Part shown: positions 35,974 through 50,899 of the stretch, in pieces
Numbering within the stretch: position 1 is the stretch's first letter
Layout of the letters: each line of letters begins with the position of its first letter
NCBI GenBank assembly: GCA_964016885.1
Contig: OZ024741.1
Span: 238,018,001-238,082,000, forward strand
Direction of reading: 5' to 3'
Length of the DNA stretch: 64,000 bases
Origin: Eledone cirrhosa
Taxonomy: Eukaryota
The notes under the pieces: generated by a model
Databases searched by the model: none
What the model was told of the DNA's origin: nothing
What the model saw: only the letters and a program-made list of their open reading frames with translations
Made by a program: the position numbers and the translations under genes

Positions 35974-38373
35974 CTGAGGAACTTGTGGAAGTCTCCTTTG
36001 TGTTGTTGAGAATTTCCACTCATCTGGTAGCTGTTCCATCTCTGGATAAAACTGACTTTTAGATTTTATTGTCTGAAGATTTCTGTTAAATATTTCTTCT
36101 GCATTTCTCGTTATTGCAACAGGATTGTTGGTATGATACAGTAATTGTCTCATCTCAGTCTGAGACAGAAAGTTTGGATTATCTGTTGTTGTAGGTGAGT
36201 TATTGGTGTGATTAATACATCTGAAAACACACAGTGTTATTGACACTACAATAGCCACAGATATTGTTACAGCTGCTGCTACAATGATAATTACCCAAGT
36301 CATATTGAGGTTGTTACCAGTCTGTAAGTGGACAGCATTCAACATTGGAGATGTATCATTACTAACAAACAGTGTTAGTATGATAACAGTTGTTGCTGAT
36401 TGAACTGGAGTACCACCATCTTTCACTATAAACTGTAGGTCATATGTTCCTGCATCATTTTGGTAAACTACCCGAGAGAAAGATAAGACACCAGTGTGGG
36501 AGTTGACTGTAAACAGGTTTTTATCATTAGATCTCAGTATTCCATATGTGAGGAAAGCATTGTTTCCAGTGTCTTTGTCAGAGGCTTTCAGAATTGTGAT
36601 GTCTTTTTTACTGTGTGGATGGTAGTGGACATCTAGATTGTAAGGGTCATTAATAGGAAAGGTAAAATAGGGAGCATTATCATTTTTATCTAGAATCTCA
36701 ATAACAATATTGGCAGTGTCATTCAGAGAAGGTGTTCCATTATCTTTGACTAAAACCTGGAATTTATAGATGTCTTTTACTTCCCGATCTATTGATTGTG
36801 ATGTAGAAATAAATCCATATTTTGTAAGTTGGAAAGGGATGTTATCATTGTTGTTATCATTGATGATAGAATATGTAAGTTGACCTCCATCTTCAAGATC
36901 AGGGTCTGTAGCATTGATGAAGCCAATAGGGAAGTCAACTTTCTGATTTTCATAGGTGAGGAATTGGAATGTATCTTTGGTAAAATGTGGCTGTACATCA
37001 TTGACATCAGTTACTTTGACAGAGAAATATTTCTTAGTTTCTAGTTGAGGTGATCCCATGTCATGACATACGATAGATACTTTATAGTGGTCTATAGTTT
37101 CTCTATCAAGATGACCCTTAACAATCATTTTATATTCTTTAGAATCTATTTTGGCAAGTTTAAATTTATCATGTTTTAAATCACAGCTAACCTCACCATT
37201 AGGTCCAACATCAGTGTCAGAGACTACAACATAAGCTATAAAACTATCTATTTCACTGTCTTCTGAAACTGCTGTGGAACTTTCTGTTAAAGGAGATACA
37301 AAATCTATATTTATCACTGGAGCATTATTCTGGTTATTAATTACATTAATTTGAACTGTTGTTACAGAACTAAGTTGAGGATCACCTCCATCTTGTGCTT
37401 CAATAAATAATAAATAGGATTGCATCTTACTAAAGTTAAAATTATCATGCAAAAATATCTCTCCAGTTTTCTTATCTAATACAAAATATTTCAGTGCATT
37501 TCGAGATGTTTTATGGTTGAAATGGTAAGAAATCTTTCCGTTGTGTCCAGAATCTAAATCTGTGGCTTTTAAAGTAAGAATTGGTAAATGTCTTTGATGT
37601 GAATTATTTATAGATATGTTGTAGACTTTCTGTGAAAATACAGGTGTGTTATCATTAACATCTGTCACAGCTATGAGTACCTTGAGGGTAGCTGTTTGGG
37701 GAGGGTTCCCTCCATCTTTAGATTCAAGAGCCAACATGTATGTGTCTTTCATTTCCCTGTCTAATCTGTCTTCTAAAGTTAATTCAGGTACGAAAACACC
37801 ATCATGTCGTCTTGTGACAGAGAGGGCAAATGGTTCTCTTTTACCTTTCTTTATCATGTATGTAATTTGAGAATTTTGTATTGAAATGTCTTTATCAATA
37901 GCATTTGGAAGAGGAATTGTATCCCCTTTACTATCTCTCTCTAGAAAATTAACCGTAACTTCATTCCTTGGAAATTCTGGTGAATGATCATTGATGTCTT
38001 CTATAATTATTTTTATCTTAAGAATTTTCATAAAAGTTTTTCCTTTCCTCACTGCTACTTTAACAATTCTGGAACATTCCTTGTTATATATACACAGAGA
38101 CTCAGCATCCAGTGTCCGTGTAGTGTATAGTTTTCCTGTGTTGGTGACATTGAATAAGTGAGAACCACTTGACACTGTCCTTTGTAGTTGTGTAAATGTA
38201 ATGAGAGTGTGTTGTTGATGTGTAAGAGAGTATGTTAAGTTAGAATCAACAGCAATGTCTCCTATATAGGTGTGAGGACTGTCTTCTTCATTGACATGGT
38301 ATGTAATGTCTATAGACAGTACAAGGGTCATCAGTAAATGTAGGAGACAGAGTAGACCAATATATGTTGTCAT
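35974..38373 (-). CDS. Pcdh: Protocadherin G3, large exon; predicted spliced protein 875 aa
   Basis: Six cadherin repeats, signal peptide, TM; donor CAG|GTAAAT; acceptor at 38408. Confidence 0.95.
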
Positions 38374-38879
38374 GTCTGGAATTCTTCACACTTTAGCTGC
38401 AGAAATTTCTACAAAAGACAAAAGAAATATTTTAAGTTGAAATATGAATAAATCATCATGATCATTATGGTTCTACATCCACTTTCCACACAGACATGGG
38501 TTAGGTGGGCTGTTATACTCCAATTTAATTGTTATTAGGAAGTACTGTCCTCCTGGATGAGTCAGGAAACTTACTTGTTACTTAATGTTACATTAATCTA
38601 TTCAAATTTTGTTTTTATAGTTGGATGCCTTCCCTAACATCAACTATTCTACAGTGCGTACTGATGAAATGCTCGTAGCAACAGTAGTAGAAAGGTTGCC
38701 ATGTCTTGACCAAAAGAGTCCTCTTTAGACTACTTAATTTTGTCAAATTCTTTTCAGAGTGTATTTGTGACATTTTGTAGTGACACCAGTACTGACGAGG
38801 TTGTCAAGTCCTCAATATGACTAAAGAGTCCTTTAAGGATCACACATGGAGAAAGCCCACAAAAAACCATGGTCACCCT

Positions 38880-41180
38880 GATCACTAAGGCAAGTGCCCT
38901 CTGTCAGTTGTCCTCCTCCAATCTACAGGTTCATACTCAGAGTAGGACTATTAGGAAAGGGAAAGTACAGCAGAGGACAGGGGTAAAGAAATTTCTGGTA
39001 ACCTACAGAAAAGAGACAGTGATATTTTGTTCACCGAAAGAAATATAGTTGATCTGGAAGACAATGTAATTAATTGTTTCTACTTTAGGCACAAGGCTAG
39101 CAATTACCCAGTGCATTACTGGTACTTTATTTTATCGACCCCGTAAGGATGAAAGGCAAAGTCAACCTCGGCGGGATTTGAACTCAGATTGTAAAGGGAC
39201 GTAACTATGCTGGAAAGCATGCTGTCCGACCCCTCTACCGATACTGCCAATCCATGTAATTAATGGAGACATGACAGATGAACAGAAGGTAATATATGAC
39301 AGAATAAAGGCAAGGTTACATGAGGACAATGGAAGCTGAACCTAGACACAAAAAAGATGAATGAAATTCTAAAATACATCAGAATAATTAACATCATAGA
39401 AACAAATAATCTGATAAAGTCTGCAAGCTTTGTTGTAGCAGAAAACATGGAGGTAGATATCAAGAAGAAGAAAAGTAGAATACAAGCTAGCATAGATATG
39501 TCCTTGAAGGACATTTCTGTCTTAGATAAAGAAGAGAAGAGGGTGTTTAGAAAGGAACAATACAGAGCACTAAAAAGAATGTATATCATTGAAAGAAATA
39601 TGCCTAAATGCAGTAATGGAGGACCTTTAGTAACGTCTTATGGCAAAGAAAGCTAAGATAGAAAGATATAACCAAAGAATAATGCAATATCAGCAAAATA
39701 GATTTTTCAGAGTAGACCAAATGAGATTTTACCAAGAAATAAATGGAGTGTGTACAGATGAAGTGATGATACCAGATAGCAATGAAAGTCAAAAGGTTGA
39801 AGACACATTTGGAGTAAAGAGAAAGTACACAAGAAAAACGCTAAATGGTTACAAGAACTAAGGGATATGAAGGAAGTCAGAAAAAAGATGAGAATTGGAA
39901 GTCTCTGGGACCAGTTGGAGTTCAAGGCCACACTGGATCAAAAGATTTAGTGAATGCCATGTACACATAGCTGAACAACTCAACATCTTGTTAAATGCTG
40001 GCCAAGTAATACTAGAGTGGCTGTCAAAGAGGAGGACAGTTCTGTCCTTGAAAGATATCACAAAAGAAACAACTACACACTGATATTATGCTTACTACAT
40101 ATGTGGAAGTTATTTACTGGAATAATCACTGAGTCAATGTAGAAGCATCTTGAAGAAAATGGAATTTTACCAGACAAGCAGAAAAGGTGCAAGCATAAGT
40201 GCAGCGGTACCAAGGACCAATTTTTTATATCAAAACAATATTTAGGGATTGCAAGAGGAAGAAAACCAACTTGGTCATATCGTAAATTGATTACCTGAAA
40301 GCCTATGATATGATCCCACATTCTTGGATCATGGAATGTGTGAACTAGAAACGGAAAACAAAACTGACAGAAGCTTAGAGTGTGTTTGGATTCAAAGGTT
40401 GCCAACAGAAGGTTAACCATTTAAGGACCACTTCAAACTTTATGATAAGGATGAATCCCAGGTCAGTTCCTTCGTTGTTATGGTGTATATGTTTAGTGCT
40501 GACATCAGAATGGAGTTTGGATTGAAAAAGTGAGGTATGTTAGGTTTGAACAGTAGAAAAATTACACACATGAGGAGGGTGGTGTTGCCATTGGGGAGGT
40601 CATGAAGCAAATGGAAGAGGAAATTATACACACTTAGGGATACTGTAATGGAGGAGGAAATGAAAGAAAAAGTTAAGGTGGAATACTTGTGCAGACTTGT
40701 CCTCATCTTGAAAATGAATAGACAGAATAGATAGAAGCTATCAACCCAGAGGCATCTCACCCTTTAGGTATGGAACAGCGATGGTACGTGGGCAGTAGAA
40801 GCACTAAACAGCTTAGACTAAAAGACATTGACTTGATATGGGGTATTTCATCCAAAGAGTGATACAAACAGATTGCATGTACCAAGAAAAAGATGAGGAA
40901 GAGATCTGATTGAGTTCGAAGACAGCATAAGAGCAAGCAGAAGAAAACAACATGGCAGGTTACCGAAAAATGCCACAGAACTGCTAGTGGTGGAAGAAAG
41001 AGGATCAGGGTTGTACAAAATTGAAGATTGTAAACATAAAAGATAGTACAAGTATTTGAAGATGGATAAGACTGACAATAATTGGCCAGAAAGAAGAATA
41101 CATAGACAATTCCATAGATATGTTGAAGATAGGACAGACAGAAAAAAGGTGGTTATGAGTGACTAAAAGTAATGTAAAAT
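38880..41180 (+). mobile_element. Degenerate R4/Dong-like LINE in G3 intron 1
   Basis: Paralogous to 27230-29190. Confidence 0.7.
39075..39253 (-). mobile_element. Young SINE (family A) with 11-bp target-site duplication
   Basis: Flanked by atgtaattaat at 39064-39074 and 39254-39264; empty site in G2 intron near 27267. Confidence 0.9.
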
Positions 41181-43500
41181 CTTTGTTGGGATTTGATAGC
41201 TGACTAAATACTCCAGTGTATTTTCCATCTACATTGCATGATAAAGTGATAATAATGATAGTGATGGATAATGGGGTTGGGTAGGGTGGGCTATTTGATG
41301 CTTCCATCCTTCATTACTCAGTCAACATGATGTAAAGTGTATTATGGTGGTATTATAGAAGAGAGTGGTAACTAAATCCTAACCTTCACTCTTAAAGCAA
41401 GATTTCAATAGTATGAGTTGCCAGTCAGAACCATCCTATGCCATCTTTGTCCTTGGGCTCTCTCTTCCACAGATTTCACTAACTTCAAGCACTTGGCACT
41501 TCTTCATACAACTGTCTTTCTCCATGTATGTACCATTGTAACTGCCTCTCTTGTACACTACATCTGATTATTCTCATATTCAATTTTCTCTCGGCTACAT
41601 GTGTTCTGTCATTCACACACACTAATATTACACACCCAGTAGAGTATACATGTTTCATTTCTTTCTAGCCATCACAAATCTGTATTCAAGCACCATGTCC
41701 CACTACCATGAAGCATGGCAGTTCAAATAAAAGCCTTATACAATATATAAAAATGTGAAGCACTTTATTGCCAGCAGAGGTAACAACTCCCTGATTTTAT
41801 TCCCCTCTGTAGTCACTTAGGCTAAACTTTCAGTACACCCCACCCCACTGTTAATGAGGTTACCTAAACAGAAGCAGCTATCAACTACTTCTAGAGAAGC
41901 TTCGGAATGTCTGAGGGAGTTTATTTCATAAAGAATGAGTAATGTTGTTGTTGACTTCTGTACATCTATCACATACAGCAATATATTCATCCACAAGGTT
42001 CTCCATAACCCACCTTAGCCTAATGTAGGCTGTGAATATTAGATGGTACAGATTGTTTGGGTTAACAATGGCCTCACTATCATCAGTACACAGCTTACCA
42101 ACATGATTAAGACAATATCAAATGTAGTTGAACCAATATGAGGAAGGCCGTTTTCTTCAACAACACCATCTCACATATGTTTGGATTATATTGGAACTAA
42201 ACAGAGGTGTGTGGGTCAAAATAGTAAGTTCATCATGATTCAGCACACTTCACAATAATAAGTACACATGGATGAAAGTTACACAGCATCTTGGCCTCCA
42301 TGTATAGACCACATAAATGCCGCTGTTTTGTATCACAGAGCAAGGTTTTTCCGAAAAGGGTTAAGGTGATGTAATTCATTCATCTAGGATACGAGGTGTT
42401 GTATTACATTCTTCAGTGTCAACCATGATGCTTTGGTCATAAACCTAGGTGTTGCCACATGCAATTCAGGAGAGTAAACTGATTAAATACCAGCCATTAA
42501 TGGTCAAATTCTATTTTACACTAGCTACTGTTAAGACCTCCAATGTTCTTGGTTCCTAGACTACCGGCTTCTTATGCTAAATTAGAATGAGGGGATCACC
42601 ATCGAGGAAGGATCCCTTTTGTAGTGGAATGGCTGATAAAATGGATACCAGTGCCTGGTTTGTTATGCCAAGGCTTTTGACATCTGATATGTAACTATGA
42701 TATACTGTTCAACCAACATTTTCTTTTCTGATTGAAAAATTAAATAAATTTCATAATGTTTAAAAAAAATGTGTAAATGTTATTTATTTCTAAATACACT
42801 TTATTAGACTCATGTGAATAATTTTTAATATATCATCTCTTCTGATGTGATAATGGTTACATGCCTATGGCTAGATGTGGTAGCTGAATGATACAGGAGG
42901 AAAACAAACTGTACTAAAACATGGACATTTCCTACTTGCTTAAATGCTGGATGAAATATACTGAAATTGTATTAAACTGCATTTATTGTTGTCAGAGTTA
43001 ACATATTTTAACAATACACGACAATATCATTAGTTTCTATCTCACAATAAATATAGTAAGATATATAAACTACATTATATTTATGAACATTTTTATAATG
43101 CTAAATATTCTGTTAGATATCATTAAAGCCAGAGAAAGATTAAGATATAATTACTGAATTATTATGACAATAGCTATAAACTATATTAACATGCATTACA
43201 AACATTCAGTCTTATTGGCTATCAAACAATATATTCTAATAGTTAAATATATACACCTAGTTTGAACTGTCACATCAATATTGTATATAAAATATATAGT
43301 AGCAATATATACAGTTTAATATTATAGTGTGTTTTATATGACTCTGATATTACAATATGTAGTCTATCTAGAGGTAATTGTACTACTACTACTACAGCAG
43401 CAGTTGTTGTTGTTAATGGTGGAAGTGATGGCAAGATCTCTCTATTTCACATGAGCCCATTTCTTGTAGGTGTATATGTGTGTCTATAAATATATATATA

Positions 43501-43604
43501 TACAGGGTATCCCCAAAAATGTTTATACACTTTGATTACCTGTAGAGGCATTATTTATTAGAATGCTGTTGAAGTGAGTATACATTTTTGGGGGACACCT
43601 TGTA
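43501..43604. mobile_element. ~100-bp Tc1/mariner-type MITE
   Basis: Paralog of 33357-33460. Confidence 0.75.
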
Positions 43605-43624
43605 TATATATTTATATATATATA

Positions 43625-44030
43625 TCTGAGTCTCTCTCCACGTATTGACCTGCTGATAGGTGGTATATTGCCATAGAGATCCTTATTTGTTGGGTGTTCC
43701 CTCCAAGAAACGTTTAAAGCAGCGCGGAGCATACGTGTGTATGCCCCGTCTAGCTTTTTCTCCAGTTTCGACGTTAGCGTCAATACGTGGACAGAGACTC
43801 AGATTTGCTGGCCACTGTTGGCGCAGCAAGGAAGAAATAGCAGGTGATGTGTTGTTATGGAGTCCATCTTATGGAGCAAGAAACGCTGGTCGTCCCAAGA
43901 AGACATACGTCAAGCAACGTGAGGACGATACTGGATGCACTGCGGAAGAACTGGCAAACGCTATGAGAGACAGAGATGGATGGAGGAAATGTGTCGTAGA
44001 AAGCCGAGCAAGCTCGACCTGATGATGGTG
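43625..44030 (+). mobile_element. RTE-like LINE 3' fragment with inverted 5' segment
   Basis: 43625-43775 reads KLDGAYTRMLRAALNVSWREH...SIRGERLR on minus; 43779-44022 reads SIRGQRLRFAGHCWR...GRPKKTY...DRDGWRK on plus; TGATGA tail. Confidence 0.85.
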
Positions 44031-44382
44031 ATATATATATATATATATATATCATAATTATCATTTAATGGCTGTTTTCTCATACATATATATATAGCAC
44101 ACATTTTTAATTTTGTGCTTAGCATGTTTCACTATAAACATATCATCATTCTCATCACCTTTTAGTGATAAGGCTGATGTGTTTATAATGAAACACAGGC
44201 TAAAGACAATATAAATGTTATGATTATGAACAAGAGGGAGACAAAGGGAAAAAGAGAGAGATAGGTATATAGATAGACAGATAAATAGAGAGATAGATAG
44301 ACAGACAGATAGATAGAGAGGGAGAGAGATAGATAGACAAACAGATAGATAGAGAGAGAGAGATAGAGCAAGAGAGACTTAC

Positions 44383-44650
44383 CTTCATTGTTTAATCCTT
44401 ATCCTTCACTGTAGTAGCATGTAATGGATGATGTGTATCCTGCTGTAGTGTTCCAGTATGATGGCTGCTACTGCTGTAGTTGTGTTATAGTGTAACTGCT
44501 GCTACTGTAGTGTCCCATAATAATTGCTTCACTGCTGTACTGTTTCAGTGTAACTGCTGCTGCTGCTGCTATGGTGTTCCTGTGTAACTGCTGATATTGC
44601 TGTGTCCCTGTGTAACTGCTGGTGTGACTGTAGCTATATGTAGTGGGAGG
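44383..44650 (-). other. Putative 5' leader exon of G3 (promoter block upstream, ~44645-44830)
   Basis: AAG|GTAAGT donor; near-identical to 33831. Confidence 0.75.
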
Positions 44651-45561
44651 AGGGATGTTAACTAGATGGTGTTGTGTGAGTTATATCCCTATATCTTCCA
44701 CACACACAAAAGTGTGTATTATGAACAAAGAAAAAAGCTATCAGCCTCATTTTGAATATTGAAAGAAATATATAAAATCTTCCTTAACCAATAGGAAATT
44801 ACTGCAATGTTGTCTGTGTAACAGAAACACAGGAAATAATAGAATCCATGTCAAACAGAAATAGTTTGATAGTTTATGTTATAATACTAATTCAAGTTAA
44901 ATTTAATGACAATAATCCAGAATTCTTTACTTTGCAGCTAATTATTTTAAAATTATAAACTATTTTTTATTATATTTTAATATTAAAATTAATTATTATA
45001 ATTAATTACATATTTTAAGATATAGCTGTTTATATTTCATGTATTATCTCTTTTTAACAGAAATGCCAAACTCCTAGCTTTTGATACAATTTACTCTAAC
45101 TTGTAGTTAAATATTAACGTTGCTCTCCTATTTCTAAATGTTATAATGCAGTAAAGGAATTATATTATATTTCTTGAAATTTTTCTATATAGTCTTATAT
45201 CTAAGTTAAACAATATTGTGTAAAACATCCATTAAATGATTCACAATCTAAATAGTTTCATGATCAAAATAGGAAAATTATAAATATATTTAAAAAAATG
45301 AATGTTAAAATGGAAATTAAAAGATTTAATAAAAATAAACAAAACATATTTTAAACTATAATAATATTATAGTGTACTATATTTATATTATTTAAGTGTC
45401 TGAGGTGTAAATTAGGGGACATAGTATATGACACTGCAGGTAAGACATTTTGTGTAATGATGGGGAAGTAGTTATAGGTTTGATATTCTCATATCACTAT
45501 AAAGTATTCTATAACGTTTGGTGTGTGAGAGAATCATTTAACAATAGTGATGGGACATCTA

Positions 45562-45641
45562 CTATGTTGGCTGTAGATAGGTATCTTGTACTTGTTGTCC
45601 CTTTTGTATTGTGGCTGGAACTGTATTGTCATTGGTATATT
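45562..45641 (-). CDS. Protocadherin G4, last coding exon (EYTNDNTVPATIQKGQQVQDTYLQPT*)
   Basis: Same splice sites and phase as in G2. Confidence 0.85.
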
Positions 45642-45724
45642 CTGGAAAATAGAAAATATAGAAATAGAAATTATATTTCAATATAACAACTCTGTAAAGA
45701 TAAAAACATTGTTAAACATAACAT

Positions 45725-46878
45725 GGCCTAATCAAAAACCTTAAAGTTAACTTGTCTAAGACTAAAGTTCTAGTATGTAGAAAGGAAAATAGAGTACAGG
45801 TGCCCTCTGGGAAATGGCCATGCTCAGTGTAGGTAGAAATTCAGGAGTAGGTAGAAATTCCATTCTATGCCCCAAATGCAAACTCTGGGTACATAAAAGA
45901 TGTAGTGGGATCACAGGCAAACTATCTAAGACTGTAGATTTTATATGTGGCCGATGCTAAGGTGCAATAAGTAGCAAGTCCACAGGATACTAGCCTTTTC
46001 TACTGCCCAGATGGTTCTATAGAAATAGTAGACACTTTCCGTTACCTGGGTGACAAAATCAGCAGTGGTGGAGGGTACTCTGAAGTACAGTAGCCAGAGT
46101 TAGAATGGGATGGAAAAAGTTCAGAGAGCTTATACCGCTGTTGGCCACAAAAGGTTTCTCTCTAAAAATGAAAGGCAGATTGTATGATGCCTGTATACGA
46201 ACAGCAATGTTACATGGCAGTGAGACATGGGCATTGTGTGCAGAGGACCTGCGCAGACTGGAAAGGAACGAAGCTTGCATGCTCCATTGGAGTGTAATAG
46301 TAATATACATGAACGGCAAAACATATACGAACTAAGTGAGAAATTAGGAATAAGAGGGATCAGATGCTGCTTACTTGAGAGAAGATTATGTTGGTATGTT
46401 CACGTGATGCGCATGAAAGATGACAGCTGTATAAAAAAGTGCAAGGCGATCAAAATTGATGGAAGTTACGGAGTAGTTGACCCAGAAAAACCTAGGATGA
46501 CATGATAAAATCTGACCTTGCACACTTACACCTCTCTAAGACAATGTTATTGGATCGAGATCTTTGGCGCCACACAGTAATACAGAACCCTCCATCTCTA
46601 CGTGCAAAGTTAACCCACAGTCAGTAGGCCCTTCTTAACCAAATATACATCCCAGCCCATTACCCCAACTCCCACCAACACCGCCCCTTCTCTGTAAAGT
46701 CATGTTCGTACCATAACATCCAGTCCAAACTAAAGAGGTCATGTAGCAGTCACTACAAAATACGAGCGAGACATGGCCACTCGATCAATCTTGCCTCAAG
46801 TGGGACAATTCCTGTCTAACTCATGTTGGCGTTGAAGATAGATGTTAAACGATGATGATGATGATGATGATGATGATA
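45725..46878 (+). mobile_element. Degenerate 5'-truncated RTE LINE (same family as 30017) in the last G4 intron
   Basis: GWKKFRELIPLLATKGFSLKMKGRLYDAC, PHD-like remnant, stops and frameshifts, (GAT)n tail; absent from the same intron of G2, G3 and G5. Confidence 0.9.
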
Positions 46879-46943
46879 ATATTACATATTATCTAACAGT
46901 AATAAAAGGAATTACATTTCTGTTATGTTTAGGTAAAGGTTAC

Positions 46944-47091
46944 CTGGTTGTGAAGGTATCTCTTCATATGGTTTAGTCTTGCCAATACTCTTGTAACCTT
47001 CTCTGCTTTTTTGTGATGTTAAGGTGTCACTGTTATAGTTAGACATGCTGAGACTGGTGCGACCTTCATGACTATGGATTGAATCACATCT
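46944..47091 (-). CDS. Protocadherin G4, second coding exon
   Basis: 148 nt, ccacag| ... CAG|GTAACC. Confidence 0.9.
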
Positions 47092-47610
47092 CTGTGGATT
47101 AGAAAAGATGTCAGAAACATGATTTTAACTAGAGTAACTGTTTACATTTATTAGTTAAATTGATCTTTCTATGAAACAAGAAAGGAGTAATTTTATGCAA
47201 TGTCATTAAACATCCACAAAATCAGTAGAAACTGCACATATTGAACAAATAATATTAATATCGTAAACAATGCAAAAAAAAAAAAGAAACACTGATTTTC
47301 AATACAAACTGGAGACTGTGTTGAAAACCTTCCACCAAATGACAATATTACTGTGTTCTATTAAATATGATGTAATATGCCATTTATTCATGTCTCAAAT
47401 ATATTAGGATACTTGTAGATTTATAGTAATGATTCTATAGGATTTCAGTGATGTTTTTATCCAAGAAATCTCAAAATATTGTAGTTTGTAATTTTAAAAT
47501 GAAAACCAATACTCATCTTCTTTTTAAGAGTGAATAATAAAGCAACAATAAATTATGAATAAAAATTGACAAAACAAATATAACATCTAACAATTAAATG
47601 TAATATTCAC

Positions 47611-50004
47611 CTGAGGGACTGGTGGAAGTCTCCTTTGTGTTGTTGAGAATTTCCACTCATCTGGTAGCTGTTCCATCTCTGGATAAAACTGACTTTTAGA
47701 TTTTATTGTCTGAAGATTTCTGTTAAATATTTCTTCTGCATTTCTCGTTATTGCCACAGGATTGTTGGTATGATACAGTAATTGTCTCATCTCAGTCTGA
47801 GACAGAAAGTTTGGTGGATTATCTGCTGTTGTAGGTGAGTTATTGGTGTGATTAATACATCTGAAAACACACAGTGTTATTGACACTACAATAGCCACAG
47901 ATATTATTACAGCTGCTGCTACAATGATAATTACCCAAGTCATATTGAGGTTGTTACCAGTCTGTAAGTGGACAGCATTCAACATTGGAGATGTATCATT
48001 ACTAACAAACAGTGTTAGTATGATAACAGTTGTTGCTGATTGAACTGGAGTACCACCATCTTTCACTATAAACTGTAGGTCATATGTTCCTGCATCATTT
48101 TGGTAAACTGTCCGAGAGAAAGATAAGACACCAGTGTGGGAGTTGACTGTAAACAGGTTTTTATCATTAGATCTCAGTATTCCATATGTGAGGAAAGCAT
48201 TGTTTCCAGTGTCTTTGTCAGAGGCTTTCAGAATTGTGATGTCTTTTTTACTGTGTGGATGGTAGTGGACATCTAGATTGTAAGGGTCATTAATAGGAAA
48301 GGTAAAATAGGGAGCATTATCATTTTTATCTAGAATCTCAATAACAATATTGGCAGTGTCATTCAGAGAAGGTGTTCCATTATCTTTGACTAAAACCTGG
48401 AATTTATAGATGTCTTTTACTTCCCGATCTATTGATTGGGATGTAGAAATAAATCCATATTTTGTAAGTTGGAAAGGAATGTTATCATTGTTGTTATCAT
48501 TGATGATAGAATATGTAAGTTGACCTCCATCTCCAAGATCAGGGTCTGTAGCATTGATGAAGCCAATAGGGAAGTCAACTTTCTGGTTTTCATAGGTGAG
48601 GAATTGGAATGTATCTTTGGTAAAATGTGGCTGTACATCATTGACATCAGTTACTTTGACAGAGAAATACTTCTTAGTTTCTAGTTGAGGTGATCCCATA
48701 TCATGACATAAAATAGATACTTTATAGTGGTCGTTTATTTCTCTATCAAGATGTCCCTTAACCATCATTTTATATTCTTTAGAATCTATTTTGGCAAGTT
48801 TAAATTTATCATGTTTTAAGTCACAGCTAACCTCACCATTAGGTCCGACATCAGTGTCAGTGACCATAACATAAGCTATAAAACTATCAATTTTACTTGC
48901 TTCTGAAACTCCTGTGGAACTTTCTGTTAAAGGTGATACAAAATCTATATTTATCACTGGAGCATTATTTTGGTTATTGATTACACGAATTTGAACTGCA
49001 GTTACTGAACTCAAAGGAGGTTTCCCTCCATCACGTGCTTCAATAAATAATTTATAAAACTCAATCTTACTAAAGTGAAAATTATCATGTAAAAATATCT
49101 CTCCAGTTTTCTTATTCAATACAAAATATTTCTGGGAATTTCGAGATGTTTTATGGTTGAAATGATAAGAAATCTTTCCATTGTCTCCAGAATCTAGATC
49201 TGTAGCTTTTACTGTAATAATTGGTAAATGCCTTTGATGTGAATTATTTATAGATATGTTGTAGACTTTCTGTGAAAATACAGGTGTGTTATCATTAACA
49301 TCTGTCACAGCTATGTGTACCTTGAGGGTAGCTGTTTGGGGAGGGTTCCCTCCATCTTTAGCTTCAAGTGTCAACATATATGAGTCTTTTATTTCCCTGT
49401 CTAATTTGCCTTCTAAAGATAATTCAGGTATGTAGACTCCATCATGTCGCCTTGTGACAGAGAGGGCAAATGGTTCTCTCTTACCTTTCTTGATCATGTA
49501 CATAAGCTGAGAATTTTTTATTGAAATATCTTGATCAATGGCATTTGGAAGAGAGATTTTTGCTCCTTTTGTGTCTCTCTCGAAAAATTCAATTTTAACT
49601 TCATTGTCTGGAAATTCTGGTGAATGGTCATTGATGTCTTCTATTACTATTTTTATTTTCAATATCTTCATAAATGTTTCTGCTTTCCTCACTGCTACTT
49701 TAACAATTCTGGAACATTCCTTGTTATATGTACACAGTGACTCAGCATCCAGTGTCTGTGTAGTGTATAGTTTTCCTGTGTTGGTGACATTGAATAAGTG
49801 AGAACCACTTGACACTGTCCTTTGTAGTTGTGTAAATGTAATGAGAGTGTGTTGTTGATGTGTGAGAGAGTGTGTTAAGTTAGAATCAACAGCAATGTCT
49901 CCTATATAGGTGTGAGGACTGCCTTCTTCATTGAGATGGTAAGTAATGTCTATAGACAGTACAATGTTTATCAGTAGACAGAGTAGACCAATATATGTTG
50001 TCAT
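47611..50004 (-). CDS. Pcdh: Protocadherin G4, large exon; predicted spliced protein 873 aa
   Basis: Six cadherin repeats, signal peptide, TM; donor CAG|GTGAAT; acceptor at 50042. Confidence 0.95.
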
Positions 50005-50899
50005 GTCTGGAATTCTTCATCACACTTTAGCAGTATCAATTTCTACAAAAGACATAAGAAATATTTAAAGTTGAAATATGAGTAAATCATCATGATCGTT
50101 ATGGTTTTAACAATTTAATTGTTATTAGGAGGTACTGTCCTCCTGGATGGGCCAGGGAAACTTACTTGTTACTAATGTTCCACTAGTCTATTCAAATTTT
50201 GTCTTAGTTTTTATAGTTGGATGCCTTCCCTAACATCAACTATTCTACAGAGTATCCTGATAAAATGCTTTTAGCAACAATAGTAGCGAGGTTACCATGT
50301 CACTAACTAAAGAGTCCTGTCTAGCCTACATTATTTATTTGTGCCTAACGTAGAAACAATTATTTACTTTCAATAGTCAACCCTTTTTCAGAGTTTATTT
50401 ATTGCATTTTATAATAGCACCAGTATTGAAGAGGTTGTCAAGTCCTCAGCAAGACTAAAGAGTCCTCCCAATTTTACATTGTCTCCATTTGCTCATCAGT
50501 TACTTTACATGACAAGGTACCTCTTCACTCCATGTGGTTTCCATCATTTCAAGGCAAATGTAACAGAGATGGTGTTTGAAGTGTGTATGTTTGTGTGTAA
50601 GGGTAGAAGATGATAACCTAGAGTGTGAAAGTGACAGTAATGGGTAGGAGGTTGAATAAGAAAACAGTATGAGCAATGCCAATAGGAATGAGTCATGATA
50701 TGAAAGAGTGAATAATGGGTTTCACAGAGAACAAAGTGACAGATTTCAGTCATATGGTTCTTATGGAATTAGGAGAAGTTAAGCTCTGAATTTTTGCAAA
50801 TAATGGGTGAAGTAGGAGAGGAAAGCAGTTCTATGAAGAAGGTGGCAATAGAAAATTATATGAATATGTTCATATCTGTTGCCAGGTATGGGTGATTAA

